From: Ilumatobacteraceae bacterium
Lineage (GTDB): Bacteria > Actinomycetota > Acidimicrobiia > Acidimicrobiales > Ilumatobacteraceae
NCBI GenBank assembly: GCA_963793335.1
Contig: CAWBZS010000012.1
Coordinates: forward strand, 31,428-95,427
Reading direction: 5' to 3'
DNA length: 64,000 nucleotides
A program made the position numbers and the translations under genes. Below are positions 62,997-64,000 of the stretch, piece after piece. The notes beneath the pieces were generated by a model. That model saw only the letters and a list, made by a program, of their open reading frames with translations. It ran no database searches and was not told the DNA's origin. How positions within the stretch are numbered: the stretch's first letter is position 1; each line of letters starts with the position of its first letter.

Positions 62997-64000
62997 GACT
63001 GCTCCTCCATGCGCTCGCGCCGAGCGGTCATGCGTGCTCCGATCGCGGCTTCGGCACCGTGGCTGCTCGGTTCGTACCAGCGCCGCCCGCGAAGCCCGTC
63101 GGGCAGATGGTGCTGGGCGACGACGGCGGCGGCATTGTCGTGAGGATACTCGTACCCCTCGCCGTGACCCAGCGACGCTGCCCCGTGGTAGTGGGCGTCG
63201 CGCAAGTGGGCAGGAACCTCGCCCACCGCACCGTCTCGCACGTCGGAACGCGATGACCAGATCGCCACTGCTGCCCGGTTGCTCTTCGGCGCCGTGGCGA
63301 GGTAGATCGCAGCGTGCGAGAGGTTCAGCTGCGCTTCGGGAAGGCCGACGTGTTCGAGCGCATGAGCTGCCGCCACGGCGACCTGCAGAGCAGCACTGTC
63401 GGCGAGACCGATGTCTTCGGATGCGAAGATCACCAGGCGACGGGCGATGAATCGTGCATCCTCCCCCGCCTCGAGCATTCGTGCCAGCCAGTACACCGAC
63501 GCATCAGGATCGCTGCCGCGCATCGACTTGATGAAGGCGCTGACCACGTCGTAGTGATCGTCGCGTCCGTACCGCAGGGCGGTCGTTCCCAGTGCCGCCT
63601 CGACGTGATCCAGCTCGACCGGGCCGTATCCAGCCAGAGCGCACGACACCTCGAGCGCCGTGAGGACCTGCCGACCGTCACCACCTGCCCGGTCGACGAG
63701 CAGGAGCACTGCATCGGCGGCGGCGGTTGTCCCCTCGGCCTCGAGACCTCGTTGCACGAGGGCCTCGATTGCGGACCGGTCGAGCGGCTCGAGCCTGAAG
63801 AGGGTGGACCGGCTGCGCAACGGTGCGTTCACCTCGAAGAACGGGTTCTCCGTCGTGGCCCCGATCAGCGTCAGCGTGCCATCCTCGACCGCAGGGAGCA
63901 GGGCATCCTGCTGCGACTTCGAGAACCGATGGATCTCGTCGAGGAACAGGATCGTGCGCTGTCCGCGTTCGCCAAGTCGCTGACGCGCTCGCTCGATGGT
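62993..64000 (-). CDS. rarA: replication-associated recombination protein A (RarA/MgsA AAA ATPase), 3' part; gene continues beyond the window end
   Basis: The hand-extended frame is open to 64000: ...RTILFLDEIHRFSKSQQDALLPAVEDGTLTLIGATTENPFFEVNAPLRSRSTLFRLEPL (Walker B, sensor, arginine finger region). The MgsA C-terminal helical domain follows (HYDVVSAFIKSMRGSDPDASVYWLARMLEAGEDARFIARRL). The ORF-track start at 63832 is an internal GTG. Confidence 0.85.
   Translation of the reverse strand, partial: TIERARQRLGERGQRTILFLDEIHRFSKSQQDALLPAVEDGTLTLIGATTENPFFEVNAPLRSRSTLFRLEPLDRSAIEALVQRGLEAEGTTAAADAVLLLVDRAGGDGRQVLTALEVSCALAGYGPVELDHVEAALGTTALRYGRDDHYDVVSAFIKSMRGSDPDASVYWLARMLEAGEDARFIARRLVIFASEDIGLADSAALQVAVAAAHALEHVGLPEAQLNLSHAAIYLATAPKSNRAAVAIWSSRSDVRDGAVGEVPAHLRDAHYHGAASLGHGEGYEYPHDNAAAVVAQHHLPDGLRGRRWYEPSSHGAEAAIGARMTARRERMEEQS

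Noticed and set aside
1-64000. A search for tRNA, rRNA, tmRNA, RNase P RNA, CRISPR arrays and IS elements in every spacer longer than 70 nt.
   Set aside because: No cloverleaf-compatible sequence, rRNA-like conserved block, repeat-spacer array or transposase-like ORF was seen. The spacers are short and are accounted for by promoters and hairpins.

Overview
High-GC (sampled lines about 65% G+C) chromosomal window from an actinobacterium; Pup, Dop, Arc and a 20S proteasome are all present. I found no rRNA, tRNA, CRISPR array, transposase or integrase. Note that the ORF track prints GTG and TTG starts as M, and most long ORFs antisense to real genes are GC artefacts.

Gene content, left to right:
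- 1-7.4 kb: truncated alkaline-phosphatase-family gene, Rrf2 regulator, hotdog thioesterase, rluD, lspA, a DksA-like protein carrying a histone-like AKKxP repeat tail, and ileS.
- 7.4-25.8 kb, minus strand: an almost complete division/cell-wall block in the order mraZ-rsmH-ftsL-ftsI-murE-mraY-murD-ftsW-murG-murC-murB-ftsQ-ftsZ-pgeF-yggS-sepF-divIVA. Most junctions overlap by 1-4 nt. There is no murF between murE and mraY, and no yggT between sepF and divIVA.
- 26.0-30.0 kb, plus strand: a three-gene insert encoding a PG-binding/M15-like peptidase, a cytoplasmic-looking EEP nuclease/phosphatase, and a 627-aa orphan membrane protein.
- 30.1-38.1 kb: the Pup-proteasome locus (prcA, prcB, pup, dop ... 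arc). Three accessory genes sit between dop and arc: a tandem nucleotidyltransferase fusion, a saccharopine-dehydrogenase-like reductase, and an LPXTG surface protein.
- 38.2-47.3 kb: ferredoxin, then a tightly coupled minus-strand string of acyl-CoA ligase, two PBP4/DacB paralogues, a Lon-N domain protein, three small membrane proteins, a ThiS/TtuB-like sulfur carrier, TtuA-like tRNA thiolase and TrmI.
- 47.4-64 kb: thioesterase, TetR, divergent sodN/sodX (Ni-SOD plus its protease), tkt-tal, a Moco oxidoreductase, a long LOG-family protein, nei, an 838-aa DUF4157 (HExxH) toxin-like protein, aldehyde dehydrogenase, an APH-like kinase, DUF948, and the 3' part of rarA.

Most interesting observations:
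1. The orphan DUF4157 giant protein with a lower-GC body.
2. The three-gene plus-strand insert between the dcw and proteasome clusters.
3. A seven-box, 10-11 bp phased TGGGG array upstream of mraZ.
4. The trmI-ttuA-ttuB operon, whose sulfur carrier ends GG-AV.
5. The Cys-less DksA-like protein with near-perfect 15-bp coding repeats.
6. A Ni-SOD whose Ni-hook proline is replaced by tyrosine.

All family calls rest on motif recognition by eye. No database search was possible.
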